Part shown: positions 34,085 through 47,696 of the stretch, piece after piece | How the letters are laid out: each line of letters opens with the position of its first letter | Position numbering within the stretch: position 1 is the stretch's first letter | NCBI GenBank assembly: GCA_016906335.1 | Contig: JADEYG010000004.1 | Location: 1,178,001-1,242,000, forward strand | Length of the DNA stretch: 64,000 nucleotides | Direction: 5' to 3' | Source: Novakomyces olei | Lineage: Eukaryota | Notes under the pieces: model-generated | Told to the model about the DNA's origin: nothing | Databases searched by the model: none | What the model saw: the letters and a program-made list of their open reading frames with translations, nothing else | Position numbers and translations under genes: made by a program

Positions 34085-35548
34085 ATGGTCAACTTGGACA
34101 CGAAGGCGATGAGATACCTCTCAAAGGAGGATTTTCAAGTTCTTACAGCTGTAGGTACTTTTGTCAAAACAGTGCACTAATTATAATAGGTGGAATTAGC
34201 AAGCAAAAACCACGAAATCGCTCCAATTCCGCTAATAATACGGCTCGCACATCTCAGAAATGGATCAGTACAAAGATCTTTAGGAGAACTGTCACGATTC
34301 CGTCTCGTCCAGCGGCCTCAAAATTCTGCTTATGACGGAGTAAGGCTCACCAATATTGGATTGGACCATCTCGCTCTAAGGGCATTTTTGAAGAAAGACG
34401 TTATTTTCGCTGTTGGCAACAAGATCGGAGTCGGCAAGGAGTCTGATATTTACGTTGTTTCAGACAAGAGTGGGACGCAGTTTGTTTTAAAGCTTCATCG
34501 GTATTTATTCAATTAATTAAGTTTAATTTATTTCGATTTATTTCGATATATTTTAATTAATTTAATTTAATTTAATTTATTTTGTTCTTTTTTGATCTGT
34601 TTTTATTTCTTCTGTTTGATTTCTCTTCTGGTTTGTTTCTATTATGATTTGATCTGTTTTAATTTTAATCTCTTTTTACCTAAATCTGTTTCTACATTTC
34701 ATCGTTTCATTTTACACTATTTTTATTTAAACTCACGTCTAATCTGTCCCAGACTTGGCCGTATTTCCTTCCGCTCTATCAAAACTAAACGCGACTACCT
34801 TCGCAAACGGGAATCCGCTTCCTGGCTTACACTATCGCGACTTTCTGCTGAACGGGAGTACGCGTATATGCGAGTATTGCACGATGCAGGATTCCCTGTC
34901 CCCCGCCCGATCGATCAGAATCGGCATTGTGTACTAATGGAGCTGGTCGACGCCTTTCCGCTACGTAGTATCGAGCGGGTCGTGGACCCAGCCAATCTTT
35001 ATTCCGTGCTGATGGATATTATTGTACGCTTTGCAGAAGCCGGACTTATTCATTCTGATTTTAACGAGTTCAATATTCTGGTTGCCCAGGACGGAACCCC
35101 AACCATCATTGATTTTCCGCAAATGGTCAGTATTGACCATGAGAACGCAGAGTTTTACTTTGACCGCGATGTAGAGTGCATCCGTACTTTTTTCGATCGC
35201 AAATTGCGGTTCACTGCCGATACTTGGCCTCATTTTAAAGACATTAAGCGCAAATCTGACCTGGATCGTCGCGTCGAAGCGTCTGGCGCATTCACGCCTA
35301 AACAGTTGAAGGAGTTTGATCGCTGGTTATCACAGAGCAGAGAGCATGAGAAACAAAATGTTGACAAAGATGACGAGGAGGTTGAAGATGAGGGAAGCCA
35401 AGCAGAGTCTGTTGAGGGGGGCAGCAACGATGACTCTGTATCAGCGAGCGACGAGCAAAAGGATAGAGTTGACAGTGATGACGACGCGGATCCTGTTGCA
35501 TCGGACACAAGCTCGACTCGATCTGTACCTCGTGAACGTTTGGCGTAA
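34085..35548 (+). CDS. RIO2: Atypical kinase Rio2 (40S maturation), 3 exons
   Basis: DFQVLTAVE..SKNHE, IGVGKESDIY, HRLGRISFR, IHSDFNEFNIL and IDFPQMVS. Confidence 0.96.
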
Positions 35549-35876
35549 ACGTATACCTTTAGGGCTTTACTGCATGTGATATCCACGGAACTTTTTTAAT
35601 ATGGATTTGGATTAGGAAATTAATTGTACATAATAACATACAGAAACGGAAAGTAAAATGCAATATTCACCCGCATCAGTCGCACAGTCAACCGGGAATG
35701 GTGCTGAACTTTAAGCGTCTCAAAAACCAATATATGGTCAAAAGGAGAGGTAAAAGAGCAAAGTATGATTAGGACTCGGACTCGAGGATTCAAACACAAG
35801 GATTCAACACGTTAGAAAAGAAAAAGTAGCAGAGAACAGCTTATCAAATCGTAGCTAACGTGTACCCACAACAAGA

Positions 35877-37834
35877 TCACGCCCTTATATCATCCTCATG
35901 ATCATTTTTGAGTTTATCATTAACAGAGCCAGACTCTTCCTGATTATTCGTCTCTTCCACATTATTTTCGCCTTCCTGCTTCAGTTTCGCAGGTTTTGAT
36001 TGATCAAAGATGTTTGAATAATAGTTTAGCTCGGGCGTATGGTACATGTCTTTAGGGAACGAATGATAGAAGCCGCCATGACCGTATGCGTAATTCCTAA
36101 AAGTGACAACTAAATATCTCTTTTTGCGACAAAGACTTACCATGAGCCGTGATCATATCTTATCGGCATATGAATTAAATTTCCCGCTGCCATGGTTTCG
36201 ACGTCTGGAACAAAGGGTATGAAAAACCCAGCTTGTGAGGCATCTATGTCAGTCAGAATTGCGGTCAAGCGAGCTTGAAATACCAAACGCAGCACTCTGA
36301 TCCATAGAAAGAGCTAATGTAGGGTTTGGTGACGGAATGTGAGGCGAGCTTGACGGTTGCGCGTTTCTCAGATAACTATGACCCGATGATTGACCGACAG
36401 AGGTATCGTACTCCTTTGATCTAATAGCTCGGCGGACAACAGTTTGTGATTTGAGCTCTTGAAACCATTTAGCAATAAAATCATAGATTAAAGTAAAAAG
36501 AATAATAGAAATTATGTACGAAGCAAGTACTTTTTTGCTCATTAGAATCGGCATATTTAATGCTCAAGATATAATTAGGCCCCAAATTCATCCCGTGCAG
36601 GTTCTTCATAGCATTCTGAGCACTTTGCCTATCGGGCATTAAAGCGAACCCAACACCGCGGCTGACGCCATTAGAGAAGCGTAGAATTCGAGTTGACATG
36701 ACATTATAGCTAGCAAATATATCCGTAAGACTCTAAAATTTGGCAATAACAAGATTAGTCTTGACGCTAGCCATGTGTAAAAACAAGAAAACAGAGATCC
36801 AGTATCATCAAGCAGGGCTACGAAACAACAATACCTTTTCATTCATATCTGGAGGAAGATTCGACACGTAAAGGTTAGCGTTTGTCTCATCACTTAGAGC
36901 ATCAATCCTCTGTCTCAACGGCTCCTTGGCAAACGAGCATTGGTAGCCCAGAATATTCAAGCCAGTAATCATGTCGTAGCAAGACTGTTCATTCACAAAC
37001 TCAACAAAGCCATAGCTAGTTAGATAAGCAAACTGTTACCTCTCCTTTTTCTTGCCCGTGACTTTAACATCAACAGGGTACCACCTACCCTTTGCATCGC
37101 CCTGTTTCCGGCTCAATGATAGACTTTACGGATTTTATTTCCCCAAAGCGCAAAGCCATATCCTGCAATTTCGCATCATTAACAAATGGAGGCAGGCACC
37201 GAATGTACACATTCGTCACGCGCCGTGGATTACGTGTTGCTCGCAAAAGGTTCTCATAAGAGCGAACTCCAGAATCCTTATCGGCAGGCCGAGGAATCTT
37301 TGGGGCTTCTTTAAGTTTTTGCAAAAGGCCAGCTGATACATTGAATCGCTGTCCCTTAACGGTGTCCCCTATAGCAAAAAACTTAAACCTCTGATCAATA
37401 TCGGCAGCCTCGGGCGACACGGGACCCGATCTCTGTGGCGAAGCTGACGTCCAGGGTGCGTACGTCATAGCCCTTGGCGAAATTTCGTTGCCAGCAACCG
37501 GCTTGGCCGCAACAGCGTCAGCCTTGTACTCTGGAGCAGAAATCGGGCTTAAAAAAGGCGCGTGTGCACTCTGTCCAAGCTGCTTTTCATTGCCCTCTTT
37601 GCCCTGCAAGTCAGAAAGATCGTTCAGAAAATCAGAGGACAGGCCAATGTCTGAATTGGACGCTTCCGGTGTAAGCAGGAAAGCAGAGTCAGAGCGGCCT
37701 TGAGTGTACTTGGACGACTGAGGTGTCGCTGGACTTGGCGGAGCAGTAAACTCTGGCGTCGATTTGCCTTCCGATCTCTTTGCCAGGTTCATTGGCTTCG
37801 CAGATCGCGGGGTTCGCGACCTGGAAGGACTCAT
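35877..37834 (-). CDS. Two-RRM MSSP/RBMS-type RNA-binding protein, S. pombe Spo5-like (multi-exon)
   Basis: TNVYIRCLPP, ETGRCKGYGF, GYQCSFAKE, NLYVSNLP, SRGVGFA and IKYADS..QK. Confidence 0.82.
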
Positions 37835-38812
37835 TTTCAGGAGAATTAATAGATCTTTTTGCGAGGGCGGAACAGGAACGAAAACACAAACAGCACGCGC
37901 AATCAACAGTTAAACAAGAACTAAAGGAAAAAGCACAGAAATAATTGGGTCAATGATCTATCGCGCTCCTACAAAGTATTGACTTTGTGCATATATCCTA
38001 AAGCCAAGTCGCGAGTTTGCATATATTTGACAAAAAATAAATTAATTCATGGCGGCTTAGGTAAGCAAGCTGCAAGGCTACTTGCGAGAATCCGTGTGTA
38101 TAGTATAATTATTAGCGCTGTACACAGTGTGTACTCTGTATACTATATTCTAAATTCTATATTAAATCGGCACTGAGGGCTCAGGCTGATATACCCAAAA
38201 GGGTAGTGCCGCAGCGGCCGCGTGCGAAGGCAATTAAATACACAGACAGCCTTTGACGGTTCTGATGCAATAATAATTGAATTAGAGCCGACTGTAGTTG
38301 AGACACAGTTTAAGCGTAGTTTAAACGCTGTTGAACCGCGATTGAAACGCAGTTGGAATGAATCCAATTGTCTACAATTAAGCGACTCAGTACTGCTTTT
38401 AGAAAACCCTGACGGGCGGCATGGTCCGATTTTTATGTACACGATTCTTCCGATTCCCTTACAAGTTATCCGGATACTCTGGATTATTCGTATTTTAATC
38501 AATTTTCTGGAAATATAAATATCAGGCTCGAGCCGATTCTTACACGCAGGCGGTCGCGCCCTCCTGAAATCGACACGGTTGAGTTTTGCGACGGCCATAT
38601 AAATAGCCTTTAGGGCAAAGACGTGGAAGCTCGTAGGGCATTATCCTCTTGTCTGCTTGGCAATATAGTTGGCAGTATATTAAACACTTATCCAGCTAAA
38701 GGCGCGGACAATAAACAATTAATTTTATTGACAATTGTGACAATTATATTGATTGTATTGGACAATTTCACAATTTGCCTGTTCAACACAGTTGCAGTCT
38801 CAACTATTCAAT

Positions 38813-40927
38813 ATGAACACGCTGGATCTGATCACGCTTTCAGGCGTGCTTGTCGTGACTCTTGCCTACTTTTCCAAAGGCAAAGGCATTTGGAACAGGT
38901 TACTGGGCCTTTTCGGCGGCTCTGCTTCGGGCAGTAATGACAAGCAGGCATCTGCCGCTGCTGATACGGGTGCTGAATCAAGAAATATTGTGGAAAAAAT
39001 GCGGGCAACTGGCAAAAACGCGGTCGTTTTCTACGGTTCGCAGACAGGAACCGCGGAAGATTTCGCGTCCCGTCTGGCAAAAGAAGGCCACGTGCGTTTT
39101 GGGCTGAATACGTTACTAGCAGATTTGGAGGAATATGACTATGACGCACTCGATACGCTTGCACCTGACACTGTAGTGTTTTTCGTGCTGGCGACTTATG
39201 GAGAAGGCGATCCTCCGGATAACGCTGTTGATTTTACAGAGTTTATAACGGATGAGTCTGCCTCCTTCTCCACCGGCGTTTCCCCGGAAGAATCGCCCCT
39301 GCAAAATATGCATTACGTAGCCTTTGGATTGGGCAATCGTACGTACGAGCATTACAATGCACAGGTCCGTAGAGTCGACTCTGCACTTTCACGATTAGGA
39401 GCAACAAGGATTGGCGCCGTTGGTGAGGGCGATGATGGAGATGGCAATATGGAAGAAGACTTTTTGGCCTGGAAGGACTCAATGTGGACTGTTTTAGCCG
39501 AGACTATGGGCCTGAAGGAGCGTGAGGCTTCGTATGAGCCCTCGTTGGAGATAACTGAGGTGGGCGACTATGACTCACAGGCGCCTGATGAGAGAACTGT
39601 TTACCTCGGCGAGCCTAATAAACGCTACCTCGCCAGCAATACGAGCAGCAGCCCCTTTAACGCTCATAATCCCTTTGTTGCCCCGGTAACCAGCAGTCGC
39701 GAGCTGTTCAAGTTACGTAATCGTGACTGTTTACACATGGAACTCGATTTAAGCGGATCCAACTTGACGTACGCCACAGGCGACCATTTAGCGGTGTGGC
39801 CAATCAACGCTGATGAGCAGGTCAGCCGAATACTTGCTCTGCTGGATCTCGAGGACAAAAGGCACACTGTTATTGAGATTCATGCAAGAGACAAGACGGC
39901 CAAAATTCCCGTTCCACAGCCCACTACTTACGATACTGCTCTTCGGTACTATCTCGAAATTGCCGGTCCAGTTTCCCGTCAGTTTTTGGCTGCTACTGCT
40001 GAGTTTGCGCCCTCAGACAATATTAAACGTGAGATTGTTCGGTTGGGCAGTGACAAGGACTTGTTCCATTCAAGGGTCAGCTCAAAGTTTCTCACTCTTG
40101 CTCAAGTACTGGGCTCGTTTGCTCCTAAATGGCCCAATCTGCCCTTTTCCCTAATTCTGGAGGGAATTCCCCACCTGCAGCCCCGTTACTATTCCATCTC
40201 GAGCTCTTCTTATGCCCAGGGAAATAAGCAACCCAGTATCACTGCGGTCGTGGAAAGGCAGTCCGTTACTGGCCATGATGATATCTTTAATGGGGTGGCA
40301 ACAAACTACCTCTTGTCCGTTCACCACTGTATAAATAACGCGGATCCGCACGCTTACTCCTGCACTTATCAGGTAGACGGGCCCCGTGGGCTTTTGCACA
40401 AGGGCCATCGGCTGGCAGTGCATACTCGCCGGTCAAATTTCAAATTGCCCTCTGAGGACGATGCTCCTATTGTTATGGTCGGACCCGGCACAGGAGTGGC
40501 TCCTTTCCGAGGCTTTGTTCAGGAACGAGTGGCAAAGAAAAGGAAGGGCATTGCCGTCGGCCGCAGTCTTTTGTTCTTTGGCTGTCGAAATCGTCACGAC
40601 GACTATATGTATGAGGAGGAATGGGAGGAAGCGGATAAAGTGTTGGGAGACGCATTTACTATGCATACTGCTTTTTCCCGAGATGGGCCGGAAAAGGTTT
40701 ACGTGCAGGACCTTCTAGGCAGGCCTGAAATTGCCAAGGATGTGGTAAACTTGCTTGTTAAGGAAAAGGCCTATTTCTACATCTGCGGCGATGCTGTCAA
40801 TATGGCCAGGGCAGTTGTTGCTAAGCTGCAGGAGATTATTGACCTGTACGGCGAGGGTGTTAGTGGTGGAGATTTTATCAAAAAGATGCGGGCCCGTGGG
40901 CTCTACCAGGAGGATGTATGGAGCTAA
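38813..40927 (+). CDS. NCP1: NADPH-cytochrome P450 reductase
   Basis: N-terminal anchor, FYGSQTGTAE, ATYGEGDP, PRYYSISSS, MVGPGTGVAPFRGF, YICGDA and DVWS; intronless. Confidence 0.97.
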   Translation: MNTLDLITLSGVLVVTLAYFSKGKGIWNRLLGLFGGSASGSNDKQASAAADTGAESRNIVEKMRATGKNAVVFYGSQTGTAEDFASRLAKEGHVRFGLNTLLADLEEYDYDALDTLAPDTVVFFVLATYGEGDPPDNAVDFTEFITDESASFSTGVSPEESPLQNMHYVAFGLGNRTYEHYNAQVRRVDSALSRLGATRIGAVGEGDDGDGNMEEDFLAWKDSMWTVLAETMGLKEREASYEPSLEITEVGDYDSQAPDERTVYLGEPNKRYLASNTSSSPFNAHNPFVAPVTSSRELFKLRNRDCLHMELDLSGSNLTYATGDHLAVWPINADEQVSRILALLDLEDKRHTVIEIHARDKTAKIPVPQPTTYDTALRYYLEIAGPVSRQFLAATAEFAPSDNIKREIVRLGSDKDLFHSRVSSKFLTLAQVLGSFAPKWPNLPFSLILEGIPHLQPRYYSISSSSYAQGNKQPSITAVVERQSVTGHDDIFNGVATNYLLSVHHCINNADPHAYSCTYQVDGPRGLLHKGHRLAVHTRRSNFKLPSEDDAPIVMVGPGTGVAPFRGFVQERVAKKRKGIAVGRSLLFFGCRNRHDDYMYEEEWEEADKVLGDAFTMHTAFSRDGPEKVYVQDLLGRPEIAKDVVNLLVKEKAYFYICGDAVNMARAVVAKLQEIIDLYGEGVSGGDFIKKMRARGLYQEDVWS

Positions 40928-41160
40928 AGCTGAAATTTTTGATTAAACCCTAGGGTTTATTCTTTTCTAGGGTCAGGGTTTGGTATAGAGGTTGAGTTTT
41001 AGCCAACAGGCTCGATTAATTGGTAATTAATTGGTAGACTTGGCGTGCAAAATTACAGGCCAGTGGCGCAGCAGAGACGCAATTCTATAGAATGTGGCTT
41101 TTAAAAATGTATCCCTACTATATTGCAATACAATGATATTACCAAGTCCATTATTTCAAT

Positions 41161-44100
41161 CTAGGTCTCCATATAATCCGGGTTCTTTTTGAGAATGACC
41201 AGTCCCTCCAGCGCGGCAGCGAGCGGTATATACTCCTCCGAGGCCAACTCGGCCCGTTCGCCATGGTGAAGCAGCACAGGTGTCGTTTGAGTGGCCCAGC
41301 CTGTTATAGTCTTTGGCCGGCCCGCCTGGCCTACTACATCAACAGCTTGGCCTACACGGGCCGACACGGAAAGCGGTTCCAGGTCTTCGTTTACAGTATA
41401 AAGCATGCGAGGCTGGATACTCAGTGCCAGCGAGAAAAGAAGGAAATGGCTGTCCGTTGTGATGACTGTTATTAGCAAAAAGGTAGTGTAAAATGAAAAT
41501 AAAAATAACAAAAGTAGAAATGAAAATGAAAACGAAAATGAAAATCAAAATCAAAACTGGAATATATAATAATGCATCAATGCTTTCGAGACCAAGCAGG
41601 CTTCACTTACATGAACGCGCATCTAATAAAGACACCAAGCTCACAAGTAACCCAGCGAGCGACCGTTTATTCAATATTTGTCGGTCCACATTGTACGGGT
41701 CCAGACTAACTGTTCCCTTGCCGCAGTGCAAGATACCTTGGGCAATCCGCACCATGAATAGGGCGTTGGGCTCGCGCGAGTAGTAGCTGGCCAGCTGCCT
41801 CAGCAACTGAGCCAGCCGGGCATTATTAGTTCCTGCCCCAACAAGTCCCATTGCAAAAATTGCATTGAGCGCTACATCGATATCTGCATCGTGAGACTGC
41901 CGACTGAGCGTATCAAACACTTTAACATCCGGGTTGGATACTTGCAAAAGGCCTAAAGCCAGGGGCACTGCCTTTCTGATTGAACCTTCTCCGTAATGCA
42001 TCAGGTGGTTGAACTCTCGCAGAACCATTTCCGAGCCAATATCTTCACCCATTGCTATTAGCGCTACTCCAATCGTGGCAATTGCCTGGTAGAGACGATC
42101 GAGTTTGCTGTTTTCCTCATCCTCAGCTACTGCAGCAGCTCCGGAATTGCCCTCCTTGCGATCGTCGTGGTACTCGCTGCAGTAATGCAGCATTTGCTGG
42201 ATCTTTAGCACGTTTCCCGTCCCCGCAAACGAGCAGATATCCACCAGGATCTGTGCAGGTTTGGCTATCGGGTGCTCAATTGCCCTTAGTGTTTCTACTG
42301 TCGCATCAGACTCGTCTCCCTTGCCCACGTAGATTAATGCTAGTCCGAGAATCATGAAAAGAGCCCAGTGCGAGCTCAAGTCGGATGGCTCTCTCTCCAT
42401 CATTGTCTGCAGAATTGTCGCTACTGATTCACTGTCTGAACTGCCCACCATTACAAGGCCAATGGACAGCGAAGCCAGGGCGGCTGTTTCCATGTTGTAC
42501 TCGCCCCCAGAGAGAATCGCCATCAGCGATTCCGTAATGTCCCGTCGCTTAGTGCCAGTGTAAGCCAGACCCAGCCCAAAGATGGCCGAGTTTCGTAATG
42601 ACGGTGTCTTATTATCCAAGTACTCGGCCAGCACGGCCACTGTTGGGTCCGCCTCGTTGCGGACTCCGATATTCGAAATTGCCACACCGAGTAGAGCTCC
42701 TGCTTTGATTACTTCCTCAGAGGCGTAAAGGTACTTGTCAATCTGGCTCAGACCCATTTCGACGTCCCACAGATGTAAAAGGCCGATAGAGGCGGTGGCA
42801 GTTAGCATGCCACTGCCTTGGGCCTTGTATATCCAAGACTTGGAGTCGTCCTCAGTCAAAACAAGGTTGTCAGTGCCAGAGCCTACATTGACCAGAGCGT
42901 TTACAAACAGTTTGGCCAAGTTTTGCTTGGCTGTATCTACCCCCGAAGGAACTCCAAGCCGCGAGTTTTCAAGGTGCGTCTTGTAAACATCCTCTGGTTC
43001 CCTCGGCTTGGCCACGTCTAGATCGCTCAATAGGTTATGGAAGAACCCACTCGCATTAGAATTGCGCAGAATCTCTGCCAGAGTCTCATCATCCGTCTCC
43101 AGTGTTACCTGCTGCCGGGCCGCTACAAGGCAAATCTGTTTGCGAATGGAGAGGTCTTGTGCCGTGTCAAACACGGCTTGAGGAGAGCTTCCATCGTCGA
43201 GATGGACAGCGCAGGCAAAGGCTTCCAGGTACTTTTTGTGCTGCATATAGATAGTATACACTATACGCAGCAAGTCAACATCGTCGGGGAAAGGTAGCAG
43301 TTTTACACAGCTCAGCATGTACAAGCAAACCCGGGGATATGCATTTTCATCCACGTACTGCGGAAGCTGGTCCGCAATCTCGATTTCCATCAGCAAATCA
43401 ACCGCGTCAGCTTCAGCGTTGTGTGTAAGGAAAAAAGGCACAATGACTTTAGCGAGAGCGTACAAATCAGAATTGTCTTGCTCAGTAGTTGAAGCTTCAG
43501 TCAACTCTTTTTCGTCTTGAACTGCGCGTCTGTGGTTGTACTCCTCTCCAATCTCTGCTGCTAAATGCCTTACGTATTCGTGGCCCCAAGTTCCCGGGTC
43601 CGCAGTTACGCCTGCGAGCCTGTATTTTAAAGCATCCCGGTGGCTGTCGTCAGAGTACGTCATTCCCAGTACGGACAAGATATCCGCCAGTTGCACCTGC
43701 ACAGTTAGAATCGTCTCGTACACTCTCAAAGCACGTCACTAGGAATATTGAACAAATATAAAAAACTGTCATCGGCAAGCAATGCTCATTATACCTTTGT
43801 CGGGCCCTCCGGCCAGGACTCGTATACTCCCACAATGTCATAGTAGTGAGGCCGTAAAAACTTTAGCGGTTTGGGCACTGCTGTCATAGAGCTCGTGGAG
43901 GTACGGATCATATCCTTTAGCTGGTTCAAAACGGCCGAGTGCAGTTCCGTGTTTGGCTCTCGCAACCTCTCCACCAACGTTTCAAGATCCTCCTTCAGCT
44001 GCCGATCCTCTTCAGACTGTTTATTAGCACTATTCACACCGACTTGTTCACATCGACTAGCCAATCAGACCGACTGGCCGACCACCGTTCCGCCCACAAA

Positions 44101-44254
44101 ACCCAGCCGGACTTACCAAATCTTGATCATCGTCCGTTGGCGGCGGCAGCGCTTTTTTGTCTTCGCCATTCGCTGCACCATCGCCGTCTTTTGCAGTTTG
44201 CTGAACTGACGGCTTTTTGTCACCTTTTTCTGAGGGTTTTTCTGACTGTACCAT
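41161..44254 (-). CDS. RPN1: 26S proteasome regulatory subunit Rpn1 (multi-exon)
   Basis: [41 protein letters not shown] repeats and [18 protein letters not shown] tail. Confidence 0.97.
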
Positions 44255-44557
44255 TGCTGCTGCGTCCGCACCGACAGTTCAGATCGCCGTCTGCTGCGCC
44301 GTACTTTATACGTATGCTTTTCTGCTCAACCAAATCTCCTCTGACGCACTCGCTGACGCGTATACATTAATGGGCCAAGTAACACTGTATGCTAGAGTAT
44401 ACTATAAAGTAGGAGAATTAGAGTTAGAACTTGCAGTACTCTAAAGTAAAAAGTACAAAAAGTTATCCAACTTCGCAGTAGTATAAAGCTAGATACAACT
44501 TAGCAATATATTTATAAAACTACGAGTATATAAAGTTGGAAAAGTAGGGCGGCGGAG

Positions 44558-44567
44558 TTGGCCACCG
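44558..44567 (-). promoter_or_regulatory. PACE-like motif GGTGGCCAA upstream of RPN1
   Basis: One mismatch to the Rpn4 site GGTGGCAAA, about 300 bp upstream of a proteasome gene. Confidence 0.25.
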
Positions 44568-44806
44568 TACCTTTTCCTACATAAATCCAAACAAACCCTG
44601 TCGCGACTCTAACTTTATTACTACTCTGTATCTGCAGTAACTTCACTCGCCCCATTAATGGTACCAATTATTTAGTGTTTATTTTTCATGTATTTATTTT
44701 AATAGTGTTTATAGCGGCGCGCCGGCGCTCAGGATTGGAGTGCGTGCGAGACGGGTCCGCTTTGAAAAGTTTATTCAATCTCTAAAGCTATGGCGGATTG
44801 ATCTGA

Positions 44807-46807
<2,001 letters not shown>

Positions 46808-47029
46808 CATGGTTGATCTGCAATTAATATAACATGTTTTTGATAAAACAAAATGTGTCAATTAACAATGTTGATACAATGTATGCTTATTTGTAACCTG
46901 GTATTTACCGATTATCGACCATGTACCGTTTAAGCTATTTAGAACGCAATTAGTTTATATTTAAATTGTTCAATTTCCTGATGAATTGTATGGTTCGGTG
47001 TACTTTGACCGATACCTTTTCCGATAATA

Positions 47030-47520
47030 TTCATAATCCTCGTAATTATTCAAAAGTAGAAGTGTAATTTTATGAGTTGGTCGTTATATGTAGTTTTCAT
47101 TATTCATTATTCATTCTCATTATTCATTTTTCATTATTCATTTTTCATTATTCATTATTCATTTTTCATAATCCTCGTAATTATTCAAAAGTAGAAGTGT
47201 AATTTTATGAGTTGGTCGTTATATGTAGTTTTCATTATTCATTATTCATTCTCATTATTCATTTTTCATTATTCATTTTTCATTATTCATTATTCATTTT
47301 TCATTATTCATTATTCATTTTTCATTATTCATTATTCATTATTCATTATTCATTATTCATTATTCATTATTCATTATTCATTATTCATTATTCATTATTC
47401 ATTATTCATTATTCATTATTCATTATTCATTATTCATTATTCATTATTCATTATTCATTATTCATTATTCATTATTCATTATTCATTATTCATTATTCAT
47501 TATTCATTATTCATTATTTA
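47030..47520. repeat. 135-bp tandem duplication followed by a (TTCATTA)n array
   Basis: Unit starting TCATAATCCTCGTAATTATTCAAAAG occurs at 47031 and 47166. Confidence 0.92.
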
Positions 47521-47696
47521 TTTTTCATTATTCATTATTTGTTATTTGTTATTTGTTATTTATTTTTCATTATTTATTTTTCATTATTTGTTTATATATA
47601 CATTTATATATACATTTTACATTGCCTTACAATCATCGTCTATATTTATTCAAATAAATCATAAATTCATGGATGTGTGCAAACTAAACACAATCG

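Noticed and set aside
34106-34113. Perfect PAC motif GCGATGAG at RIO2
   Set aside because: Lies inside the coding sequence (Ala-Met-Arg codons), so it is explained by the protein
36249-36251. Apparent premature stop in the spo5-like gene
   Set aside because: The TGA lies in the CTGAC branch site of a roughly 36-nt intron whose removal restores the frame
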